Source of the DNA: Bacteroidales bacterium
GTDB taxonomy: Bacteria; Bacteroidota; Bacteroidia; Bacteroidales; WRLA01
Direction: 5' to 3'
Assembly: GCA_963676725.1 (NCBI GenBank)
Contig: OY781463.1
Span: forward strand, 205,421 to 269,420
Length of the DNA: 64,000 bases
The notes beneath the pieces were generated by a model. It was not told the DNA's origin and did no database searches. It worked only from the letters and a program-made list of their open reading frames with translations. Below, piece after piece: positions 51,801 through 59,482 of this stretch. Position 1 is the first letter of the stretch. The number at the start of each line of letters is the position of its first letter. Both the position numbers and the translations under genes were made by a program.

Positions 51801-51999
51801 TTTCCATCTTCTTTAGTAGCTCTTCTATTTCTTTTTTGCGGCCAAAAAATAGTTGAGCCTCTTCAGGTCGATAGCTTCGGATTCCCGGAAATGGATTTAT
51901 TAGGTTCACTAATGCTTTTTTTATTTGGTTGTCGATGCAAAAACACTTTCCGCTTCTGTGTATTTTAGTACGCCATTTTGAAGCGTTGTAAATGTACAT
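48892..51999 (-). CDS. Membrane-anchored STAND-type P-loop NTPase with coiled coil and C-terminal WD40 beta-propeller (1035 aa)
   Basis: NPFPGIRSYRPEEAQLFFGRKKEIEEL...ITGSSGCGKSSLILAGIIP (Walker A), LLVLDQFEELF (Walker B). One TM helix at aa 505-528 (nt 50416-50487), preceded by KQKKELKRARQ. About 150 aa of Q/E/A-rich coiled coil follow. WD40-like repeats lie at the C-terminus (HTSGVQALAFNHSGGLLASAGYDQNIRIWD). Confidence 0.8.
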   Translation of the reverse strand: MYIYNASKWRTKIHRSGKCFCIDNQIKKALVNLINPFPGIRSYRPEEAQLFFGRKKEIEELLKKMESSRFVSITGSSGCGKSSLILAGIIPAMKAQSDAFRYSIIRPGKQPVQNLIEALEQLFSIKKKEEPKDYQSSKNRTEELKNTIAQFPEKGENCLLVLDQFEELFRFTTDEAQSKEAQIFTDLLSDLIQGSKLRIIISMRSDFLYDCTRFPKLTELINKGNYLVPRMDRTACLEAISGPLEKMGHQLEDGFTEKILQDIGNNQDQLPIMQHALMRTWDHWQSTKRGTETLGIKHYIAAGKIEKALSIHAEEIYAELKTDRQKNICEKTFRALTEISEENRIVRRPCSLKELAGICNESEQEVKSVIELFRKPGRAFLTPPFPNTIMSETMIDISHESLMRVWVRLKKWIAEEAHSARLYKRLATSAALYQEGRAALWQDPELQLAINWKNNNHPNLRWASRYDHSFDRAMSFLHTSQNEKETKELLTQEKQKKELKRARQFVLILSAASILSILLFVYALTLMFQAEASERKAVEKEKIAVSERNTAQTERQKAIIQQKIAEQQQEIAEQQKLITEQQKQYAIAQQNIAIYERSLAEYEREKADSASVVAVQAKDEAEQRKTEALEQKQIAEAQKTKAEISENRAQRLRKLAIAKALAIQAVDLSKSIQGELPQLLALEAWRLNKENQGNPQDPDVFQALSQTTANGDQMYQHDDAIKKLQFFDNKYIIAATQDGKLIKIQASGNKDLPLLINSPVSTEFLSSGPVFGNGNLAAVTYNKDLLIFDLTNASPPKNIPLPAMIYHITSSNDQLICIDGQGQIYKYDQTNAESNPLIALQKTEAPITSCLGTKNGLYAGLKNGKLLFIHLESGEENTIINEVSHPLTAIAYDAKNKNMACANDKGQVFLIDQNGKKSSLIGHTSGVQALAFNHSGGLLASAGYDQNIRIWDCSKTDAPPLSIHNHDGWIYDLLFAEDDSEIISCGSDNQIIKTIIDPERLAKKAQQTAGRGLTIFEWQEYIGTDIPYRTETNKK

Positions 52000-52266
52000 A
52001 TTTTTATTTGTGTTTGGGCTCTGTACCTTGATTTTTTCAAAAATTCCATTGCAATCTTACTATTCCTTTTGCATTGTGCTGATTAATTTATGATATTGCA
52101 GCCAATTTGGTAGAAGAATGGGGGTAAATCGTTTTATCAAAAACTGATGGTCGCTTATAGGCGGATAATATCGTCTTCGTATTTCAAAATCGACGGGGAA
52201 TTGCAACTAATAAGTTGTTGAACCTATTGCTATAAACTTTAAATATTACCAATTAAATTACAGAAA

Positions 52267-54372
52267 ATGAAAAAAGTACTTTTAATTTTAGCCGTAAGCT
52301 TTATCTGTATGACGGCTTTGCATGCGCAGATGGATCATGTGTGGGAAGCTCAAGCGGGCGCACGCGTTACCTGGAATAAATTCGCTCCAAACGGAAACCT
52401 GATCTGCGGGACCAAAGACGGTAAAACCGTTGCTTTTGATGCCAAAACAGGGAAAGTGATCTGGAAAAAGGATTTTAACCATGGCGCTTTTAATATTCTG
52501 CAAAATACAACCAGTATTTATTACGATTCAGACAAAACAGGTCTGCTGGTGCTCAATCCTGAGACTGCTGAAGTGCTTTGCGATTCTAAAAAACTCGGAA
52601 TGGACAGCATTAAGGCTTATTATCCCATTCGTGCAGGAAACGGATTCCTTATTTATACACAAATGGACGACCGTGAGCAATTCTGGATGCTCAGCCTAAA
52701 AACAGGAAAATTATTGTGGAAACAAGACCTTGATCTTGATAATGATAAAAAAATCGAGAAAGGGATGTTTTCCATAGAAATGGAAGAGGACCCTGAAGCA
52801 AAAGGATTGATGTGCGACCCTGTTGGTGATGGAAAAGGTGGCGCTTTTGTTGCCGTGCACGACCGTTTAATGCATTTCGATAAAGAAGGAAAAATTGCTT
52901 GGGATATTCAGTATCCTTCAATGTTTGGTGATCAGGATGGCTTTTTCAAATCAGCAAGTGTCGAATTTGCTAAAATGTTCCCCGATCAAACAGGAGAAAA
53001 TATCTATGTATTTAGCGGTGGATATATGACTTGCCACAGCCAGGCTGATGGTTCTTTAAGCTGGGAGAAGCCAGTGAAAGTTACCGGACCGGTTAAGAAC
53101 CTTATTTTTGAAGAAAACGGAATGATTGTAATTCCTGCCAGTGACAATAATGCCATGAAAAAGCATAAACTGAATCTGGTTGACTATAAAACTGGTAAAA
53201 CCCAATGGGGCGAAGAAGGAACAAAATTTAAAGGTGGCTATATCCAGTCCAATTTTTGCTCAAAAGGAATCGTGTTTATCACAAAAGCCTATATGAATGA
53301 ATCTTATTTCTTTAATATTGTAAATCAGGAAACCGGACAACTTGAGCTGGATAAATCATTGAAGCTTTTCCCCGGGCCATACGAATTCGAAGAAGTAAAT
53401 GGTGGTCTCCTCGTTTCTTCTCGCCGTGGTGCAAATATTTATAACTATGCTACAAAGGAGTTTGTAATTAACAAAGAGCTGAAAACAGGAAGCAAAGATT
53501 ATCTTGTAAAGGCCGATGCCGGAAGTAAAGTTTATTTCTATACTTCAGCAAAAGACCTGATTTATGTGTTTGATAAAACTACTCTGGAAGCAAAACAGTT
53601 TAATAAAGAAAAAATTAAGCTTAAAGGTGGCGACGAAGCCAAAGGCCTTGATTTATTTAAAGATGGTATGGTGCTGCACTCAGAACAAAACCTGATTAAA
53701 TTCGATTTTGAAGGAAACCAAATTTATAATAAATATTATGCTGCTCCGGGTGCCGGATGGTTGAATGTAACAGGAAATGTCCTTAGTGCTACCTTTAAAG
53801 TAATGGGTGGTTTGGCAACCGTTGCTATTGCAGGCGCTACTTCCTATGCTGTTGAAGCCGGTGACCAATATACCCGTCAGGGAATGGATATTGTAGATAA
53901 ATCGTATGAAGAAACAAATGGCGTGGATGCTGACCTTATTCAATATCGTAAAGATGTGGATGAATATAAGCAAAACATGGATATGGCGAAAAATGAGCTG
54001 AATAAGGAAATGTCGGAAATGGCCACCATGGGTATCTTAAATGCTGTTGATATTGGTGATGAAATCAATGCAATTTCTGAACGCTTTAAAAACTCCAAAG
54101 CAACAAAAAATTATGTCATCCTTATGACAAAAGACAAAGAGCGCGGCGGTATTGGCCTTGCTGTTGTTTCTAAATTGGATGGCGAAATTAAAGGCTTTAT
54201 CCCAATGAAAGAGAATAAAGAAGATCCTTGCTATACTGTCGATCCTTTTACAAATATGTTGTTCTGGATGCCTTCCCTCGATGATGGTTCCAAAGGCTTT
54301 GGCCGCTACAGCAATATTCAGGAGCTGATGAATAGTGGAACGATTTATTCTTTCGACCTGAATAGTCTATAG
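52267..54372 (+). CDS. Secreted PQQ-like/BamB-like beta-propeller repeat protein with hydrophobic segment and C-terminal domain (701 aa)
   Basis: Signal peptide (LILAVSFICMTALHAQ). Recurring G-K-x-x-W repeats (GKVIWKKDF, GKLLWKQDL, GKIAWDIQY, GSLSWEKPV, GKTQWGEEG). Hydrophobic stretch VMGGLATVAIAGATSYAV near aa 510. Confidence 0.6.
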   Translation: MKKVLLILAVSFICMTALHAQMDHVWEAQAGARVTWNKFAPNGNLICGTKDGKTVAFDAKTGKVIWKKDFNHGAFNILQNTTSIYYDSDKTGLLVLNPETAEVLCDSKKLGMDSIKAYYPIRAGNGFLIYTQMDDREQFWMLSLKTGKLLWKQDLDLDNDKKIEKGMFSIEMEEDPEAKGLMCDPVGDGKGGAFVAVHDRLMHFDKEGKIAWDIQYPSMFGDQDGFFKSASVEFAKMFPDQTGENIYVFSGGYMTCHSQADGSLSWEKPVKVTGPVKNLIFEENGMIVIPASDNNAMKKHKLNLVDYKTGKTQWGEEGTKFKGGYIQSNFCSKGIVFITKAYMNESYFFNIVNQETGQLELDKSLKLFPGPYEFEEVNGGLLVSSRRGANIYNYATKEFVINKELKTGSKDYLVKADAGSKVYFYTSAKDLIYVFDKTTLEAKQFNKEKIKLKGGDEAKGLDLFKDGMVLHSEQNLIKFDFEGNQIYNKYYAAPGAGWLNVTGNVLSATFKVMGGLATVAIAGATSYAVEAGDQYTRQGMDIVDKSYEETNGVDADLIQYRKDVDEYKQNMDMAKNELNKEMSEMATMGILNAVDIGDEINAISERFKNSKATKNYVILMTKDKERGGIGLAVVSKLDGEIKGFIPMKENKEDPCYTVDPFTNMLFWMPSLDDGSKGFGRYSNIQELMNSGTIYSFDLNSL

Positions 54373-54388
54373 AAGATCTGTTTTTAAT

Positions 54389-54424
54389 AAAAAAAGGGCG
54401 TCGAATATTCGACGCCCTTTTTTT
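54389..54424. terminator. Bidirectional rho-independent terminator
   Basis: A7, then a perfect 10-bp stem GGGCGTCGAA/TTCGACGCCC (54396-54417), then T7. It lies between convergent stops at 54372 and 54452. Confidence 0.85.
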
Positions 54425-54451
54425 ATTGTAAGGAAATATTTTTGATAAACC

Positions 54452-54961
54452 TTATAAAGCTTTTGCAGCTTCTAGGGCTTTATCATAATCCGGATGGTCG
54501 GTATTTTCTTTCACATACTCTACATAACGGACGACTCCTTCTTTGTCGATAATTACAATTCCACGGTTGAGCAGGCGCAGTTCTTCAATCAGGAAGCCGT
54601 ATTTTGTTCCGAAATCCGCACCTTTATGGTCGCTGAGCGTGATGACTTTATCGATGCCTTCAGCGCCACAAAAACGTCCTAAAGCAAAGGGTAGGTCCAT
54701 TGAAATGGCCAAAATTGCAATATCATTAAGTTTTGCCGCTTCAACATTAAATTTGCGTGTTTGTGCTGCACAAACGCCTGTATCAATAGATGGTGCTAAC
54801 GAAAGGATTACGGTTTTACCTGCATAATCGCTGAGTTTTACAGGTTTTAGGTCGTTGCCAAGAACAGTAAAATCTTTGGCTTTATCGCCAAGCTGAACCA
54901 TATCGCCTAAGAGTGTGAGCGGACCGCCCATAAATGTTGTAATGCCTGTATTCTTTTTCAT
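54452..54961 (-). CDS. tpx: Thiol peroxidase (atypical 2-Cys peroxiredoxin)
   Basis: 169 aa, with SIDTGVCAAQTRKFN (peroxidatic Cys) and FALGRFCGAEG (resolving Cys). Confidence 0.93.
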   Translation of the reverse strand: MKKNTGITTFMGGPLTLLGDMVQLGDKAKDFTVLGNDLKPVKLSDYAGKTVILSLAPSIDTGVCAAQTRKFNVEAAKLNDIAILAISMDLPFALGRFCGAEGIDKVITLSDHKGADFGTKYGFLIEELRLLNRGIVIIDKEGVVRYVEYVKENTDHPDYDKALEAAKAL

Positions 54962-55057
54962 TTTTTATATTTTTTTGATTGGGTTAAACATTCAATTGGT
55001 ATCTTTGACTACAACAAAAGCCATGCTGGCTTGTTCAAATATCGTAAATAAATTCTT

Positions 55058-56956
55058 ATGGCGTATAAAGATATCCAAGATTTTATCAATAAACTCGAAG
55101 AAGCAGGGGAACTTATCCGTATTTCGGAATCTGTGTCCCCCAAATTGGAAATCAGTGAAATTACTGATAGAGTACTGAAAGCCAAAGGAAAGGCTTTATT
55201 GTTTGAAAATAATGGTACAGATTTTCCTGTGCTGATGAATGCTTATGGTTCCGAGAAAAGAATGTGTATTGCTCTTGGAGTAGAGAGCCTCGATGAAATT
55301 GCAGGGGATATCGAAATTCTTTTTCAAAATTTAAGTCAACCCCGCCACGGCTTTTTGGAGAAACTTAAATTGCTGCCTGCGCTTGGGCAAATTGCTTCAT
55401 GGATGCCTAAAAAGCGCAAGGGTCGCGGAGCTTGTCAGGAAGTTATACATCACGATGTTGATTTATCGAAACTTCCAATATTAACAACCTGGCCGCATGA
55501 TGGAGGGCCTTTCGTTACGCTCCCTATTGTGCATACACTCGATTTAAAAACAAATATTCAGAATGCCGGAATGTACCGTATGCAGGTGCTTGATAAAAAC
55601 CATACTGGCATGCATTGGCAATTGCATAAAACCGGAGCAAGGCATTTTGAGGAATACAAAAAAGCAGGAAAAAAAATGCCCGTCAGCGTTGTGCTGGGCG
55701 GTGATCCTTCTTATGCATATGCTGCAACTGCGCCTTTGCCCGATAATGTGGATGAATATATGCTCGCAGGTTTTTTGCGCAAGAAAAAAGTGGAAATGGT
55801 GCCTTGTATCACCAACGAACTCTATGTGCCCGAAGATGCTGACTTCGTAATTGAAGGATATGTGGATCCTGCAGAGGAATTGGTGTACGAAGGGCCGTTT
55901 GGCGATCATACAGGATATTATTCGCTGGCAGATTATTACCCCGGCTTCCATGTTAGCTGCATCACGCATCGCAAAAAGGCCGTTTATCCTGCTACCATTG
56001 TGGGAATTCCCCCGCAGGAAGATGAATGGCTGGGCAAAGCAACAGAGCGTATTTTTTTAGCGCCCATCCGCCTAAGCATGATGCCCGAGTTTATCGATAT
56101 GGATATGCCCGTTGAAGGGGTTTTCCACAATATCACCATCGTGAAAATAAAAAAAACCTATGCCGGACAAGGTATGAAGGTGATGAATGCGCTCTGGGGC
56201 GCCGGGCAGATGATGTTCAATAAAGTGATGATTGTTGTGGATCGAGATATTGATATTCACAATTACAGGGAAGTGCTGCGTGTGATGCATGAGAGTTACG
56301 ATCCAATGAAAGATACGCTTATAAACCGCGGCCCTGCCGATGTGCTCGACCATGCCAGTCGTGCTTTTGCGTTTGGTGGTAAACTCGGTATTGATGCTAC
56401 GGATAAACTGCCCGAAGAAGTTCCGCTACAACTCGGGGGAGATCCTTTTATGAAAGTCAATATTGATGAAATTAAGCGAGTATTTCCTGAAATCGTTTCG
56501 CTAAACGATGTTTTTCTTAATCGTGGCCTGCTTCTGATTGGCCTGAAGAAAAATAAAAAGAATCATGCCCGCAAGCTTATTGATGAAATCACATCTAAAG
56601 GCTGGATTAAAGGAATAAAGCTTTGCGTGATTGCCGAAGCTGTGGCTGATATCAAGGATGCAGCAGAAATAACATGGCGTGTTGCCAATAATATCGATCC
56701 CGCCATAGATTGTTCCCTGAGCGGAGGCGATGATGGTTTTCTGGTGATCGATGGCACAGAGAAGCATGCGTCATATGATGGTTTTCGCCGTGAATGGCCC
56801 AATGTGGTTACAATGGATGAAGCGACCATCAAAAAAGTTGATCGACGTTGGAAAGAATACGGTCTGGGTGTTTTCCTGCCTTCACCATCGCTAAAATATT
56901 TAGAGAAACTTTATCCGGGGGATGCAGTGGCTGAGTTGAGGGAAGAAGATCTATAA
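55058..56956 (+). CDS. UbiD-family (prenyl-FMN-dependent) decarboxylase, probably menaquinone biosynthesis
   Basis: MAYKDIQDFINKLEEAGELIRI N-terminus, NAGMYRMQV and GPFGDHTGYYS motifs, and a long C-terminal extension. Confidence 0.88.
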   Translation: MAYKDIQDFINKLEEAGELIRISESVSPKLEISEITDRVLKAKGKALLFENNGTDFPVLMNAYGSEKRMCIALGVESLDEIAGDIEILFQNLSQPRHGFLEKLKLLPALGQIASWMPKKRKGRGACQEVIHHDVDLSKLPILTTWPHDGGPFVTLPIVHTLDLKTNIQNAGMYRMQVLDKNHTGMHWQLHKTGARHFEEYKKAGKKMPVSVVLGGDPSYAYAATAPLPDNVDEYMLAGFLRKKKVEMVPCITNELYVPEDADFVIEGYVDPAEELVYEGPFGDHTGYYSLADYYPGFHVSCITHRKKAVYPATIVGIPPQEDEWLGKATERIFLAPIRLSMMPEFIDMDMPVEGVFHNITIVKIKKTYAGQGMKVMNALWGAGQMMFNKVMIVVDRDIDIHNYREVLRVMHESYDPMKDTLINRGPADVLDHASRAFAFGGKLGIDATDKLPEEVPLQLGGDPFMKVNIDEIKRVFPEIVSLNDVFLNRGLLLIGLKKNKKNHARKLIDEITSKGWIKGIKLCVIAEAVADIKDAAEITWRVANNIDPAIDCSLSGGDDGFLVIDGTEKHASYDGFRREWPNVVTMDEATIKKVDRRWKEYGLGVFLPSPSLKYLEKLYPGDAVAELREEDL

Positions 56957-57019
56957 AGTAATTTTGTTTTGTTTCTTTTTTTTATATTTGCCCCTACAGT
57001 AATACAAAACATAACAGAT

Positions 57020-59386
57020 ATGAACCAAGGGTCATTGAAACAAAGCCTGTTTCTTGTAAATTTAGCCATTAATGCCGGTATAATTTTGCTGTCATTGAAT
57101 TTATCGGCACAGCAAATCCATTGGGCCAATCCTTTGCCCACCGGGAATGAGTATTATGATATTGATTTTTTTGATGGGCAACATGGCTTGATGTGTGGTG
57201 AGTACGGAACAATTTGTTCTACCAAAGATGGAGGAAATAATTGGGAAATTTGTTTTGGCCCGACAGGTTCTGATCCTTTTACTCAAATATGCATTCTGGA
57301 TAGTACAGGTAAAGCTCTGCTGCGATTGGCGAACAGTGAGATTATTGCAACAGATAATTATGGCGAGGTATGGAGTAAGGTATATAAAGCCCCTGACAGC
57401 CTTGCCATTCATAAAATGCAGATGTTGAATGAAAATGAGGGCTTTGCCATTGCACGGAGTACAAATACCGGCAGGTATAAACTCCTGGCAACGCACTCTT
57501 CGGCTTCAGAATGGGAAATTGTACAGGATAGCCTTTTTATCGAAGAAGGTTTCTGGGAGGTTTTTGAACTTACAGATATTGCCTTTATGGATTCGCAAAA
57601 TGGAATGATCATCCTTACAAAAGATGATGGGGATGGGTATTGTTATGCCTTTTTGTACAAAACAACAGATGGAGGAAAAAGCTTTTCACAGATAGATTAC
57701 CCGGGACATTATGATGATGTTGATTTTCAGCAGCTATCTTATTTGAAGGATAACACTTTTATTGTCTATATTTATTTATCAAGAGATAAAGGGGGAAAGA
57801 ATTTAGGCCAAGCTACACAAAAAAACATGCCCAATGATTGCAAAATTGCCAAAACTAACGATTTTGGAGAAAATTGGCATGAGGTTTATCATGATCTTGC
57901 AACTTTTAAAAACCCTTCTTTCAAAACAAACAGGGATTCAATAATTTATTTATTTGGGGGAAGTTTTAATTCTGAGGAGGGGAACTACTGTCCGCATGTA
58001 ATGGCTTCTTCAGATGCAGGCGAAAGCTGGTTTTGGCCAGTTGCAGAGACCCAATTATACTATTCAGCTTATAAATACCCAACGGTAAACAGTTTGGGTA
58101 TAATTGATAAAATTTCGGCTATCATCAGTCTCTCAAGTACATGGCGTCCAAAGCCGCTAAGCACATTTATGAAGACAAATGACATTGAGCACTGGGATGT
58201 ATTTCCCGATGATCAATATAATGGCTTTTATGGCATGGCCATTCTGGAAAATCGGATACTTCTAGGTGCTGGCACACATATTGTCAGCACCTCAAAGAAA
58301 TCGAACAAATGGAATAAAGACTATGATGCCGGCGAAGAATTAAAGCTTGGTGATCAATACCTTGAACAAAGCATCTGTTGGTATGGAGGTTCCTCAAACG
58401 AAGAGTTTATCGTTTTTTCTGATAGTGACGGAAATAATTGGCAAAAGGTAGTGTTCCCCAATAATTTCTATGCCGATGAAATAGACTATGGAACAGACAA
58501 GCAATTGTTTTTACTTAGAGATAATGATTATTCTCAGGAATCTTTATTAATGTTATATGATTTTGACAAGCCCGAGCAAGGCTTTCTTACTTTAAATCTA
58601 CCTGAAAATATGCTCAAGCCTACAGGAATTGAGGCCAACGAACAAGCAGTTTTTCTTTTCGGTGACAATTTAGAAGAAATAGGGTATTTTCATTCAAATG
58701 ATTTGGGGTTGAGCTGGAATTTTATCAATTTGGAATTGCCACGAGTGATTTCAAAAGGATTCCTGATGTCGGACAGCCTCATTTTTGTAAGCCAGAATGC
58801 GGAACAAATGCCTTCTGAATTATGGTCAGTAAATCCACGGGCACAGCAATTGGGTGAGTTATTTTTTAGCGGACAGGAATCCGGTGAAATTATTGATGTC
58901 AAAATGGATGCAAACCAAAGAATATGGATACTGGAGTCCAATAGCTTAAACTGTATTATTTATCATCAGCTATGGGATGATAGCTGGGAAATATTCGGGC
59001 CTTTCCCAGGATTAAGCGGTTTAAAAATGGATTTTGACGGCCAACATCTCTGGGCTTATGGCCCTTCAGGTCGCCTCTTATACCTCGGCGACGGCCTGCC
59101 CGTAGGCATCCAGCCCATCCCAACCCATGATAAACAACAAGCTTTCTCAATAGAAGGCAACCCCTTTTCCAACAGCCTGCAAATCAGCATAAACCTGGAA
59201 TTTCAGGGAGAAGCCATGCTCTTGCTTACCGATATGAACGGAAAGCTCGTCCGTCAAAGCAAAATCATGCTGCATGGCCGGGCAAGCCGTTTCCTGATCC
59301 AAACGCATGATTTGACTCCGGGGGCTTATGTGTGTAGTTTGGTGGCTGGAACGGAACGCTTTAATGAAAAGGTCGTGAAAAAGTAA
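57020..59386 (+). CDS. T9SS-secreted BNR/sortilin-like beta-propeller repeat protein
   Basis: ATG at 57020 gives a signal peptide (LAINAGIILLSLNLSAQ). There are six S/T-x-D-x-G-x-x-W/F motifs (TKDGGNNW, TTDGGKSF, TNDFGENW, SSDAGESW, SDSDGNNW, SNDLGLSW). C-terminal CTD: EGNPFSN...GAYVCSLV. Confidence 0.8.
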   Translation: MNQGSLKQSLFLVNLAINAGIILLSLNLSAQQIHWANPLPTGNEYYDIDFFDGQHGLMCGEYGTICSTKDGGNNWEICFGPTGSDPFTQICILDSTGKALLRLANSEIIATDNYGEVWSKVYKAPDSLAIHKMQMLNENEGFAIARSTNTGRYKLLATHSSASEWEIVQDSLFIEEGFWEVFELTDIAFMDSQNGMIILTKDDGDGYCYAFLYKTTDGGKSFSQIDYPGHYDDVDFQQLSYLKDNTFIVYIYLSRDKGGKNLGQATQKNMPNDCKIAKTNDFGENWHEVYHDLATFKNPSFKTNRDSIIYLFGGSFNSEEGNYCPHVMASSDAGESWFWPVAETQLYYSAYKYPTVNSLGIIDKISAIISLSSTWRPKPLSTFMKTNDIEHWDVFPDDQYNGFYGMAILENRILLGAGTHIVSTSKKSNKWNKDYDAGEELKLGDQYLEQSICWYGGSSNEEFIVFSDSDGNNWQKVVFPNNFYADEIDYGTDKQLFLLRDNDYSQESLLMLYDFDKPEQGFLTLNLPENMLKPTGIEANEQAVFLFGDNLEEIGYFHSNDLGLSWNFINLELPRVISKGFLMSDSLIFVSQNAEQMPSELWSVNPRAQQLGELFFSGQESGEIIDVKMDANQRIWILESNSLNCIIYHQLWDDSWEIFGPFPGLSGLKMDFDGQHLWAYGPSGRLLYLGDGLPVGIQPIPTHDKQQAFSIEGNPFSNSLQISINLEFQGEAMLLLTDMNGKLVRQSKIMLHGRASRFLIQTHDLTPGAYVCSLVAGTERFNEKVVKK

Positions 59387-59415
59387 GTTCTGCTGTATTG
59401 TAATGCTAAAAATGG

Positions 59416-59482
59416 TCTCACGCAAAGACGCCAGGCCGCAAAGAACTATCAGCCCTTGGCGACTTTGCGACTTTGCGTGAGA
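59416..59482. repeat. Inverted repeat / hairpin at the head of the downstream array
   Basis: TCTCACGCAAAG (59416-59427) is the perfect reverse complement of CTTTGCGTGAGA (59471-59482). It begins 30 nt after the stop codon at 59386. Confidence 0.8.

Noticed and set aside
48892-51999. Antiphage STAND (Avs-like / bNACHT-like) defence gene
   Set aside because: No nuclease, TIR, protease or other effector domain is visible. The gene is translationally coupled to a TonB-dependent receptor inside a signalling operon, not in a defence-island context. I cannot exclude this without HMM searches.
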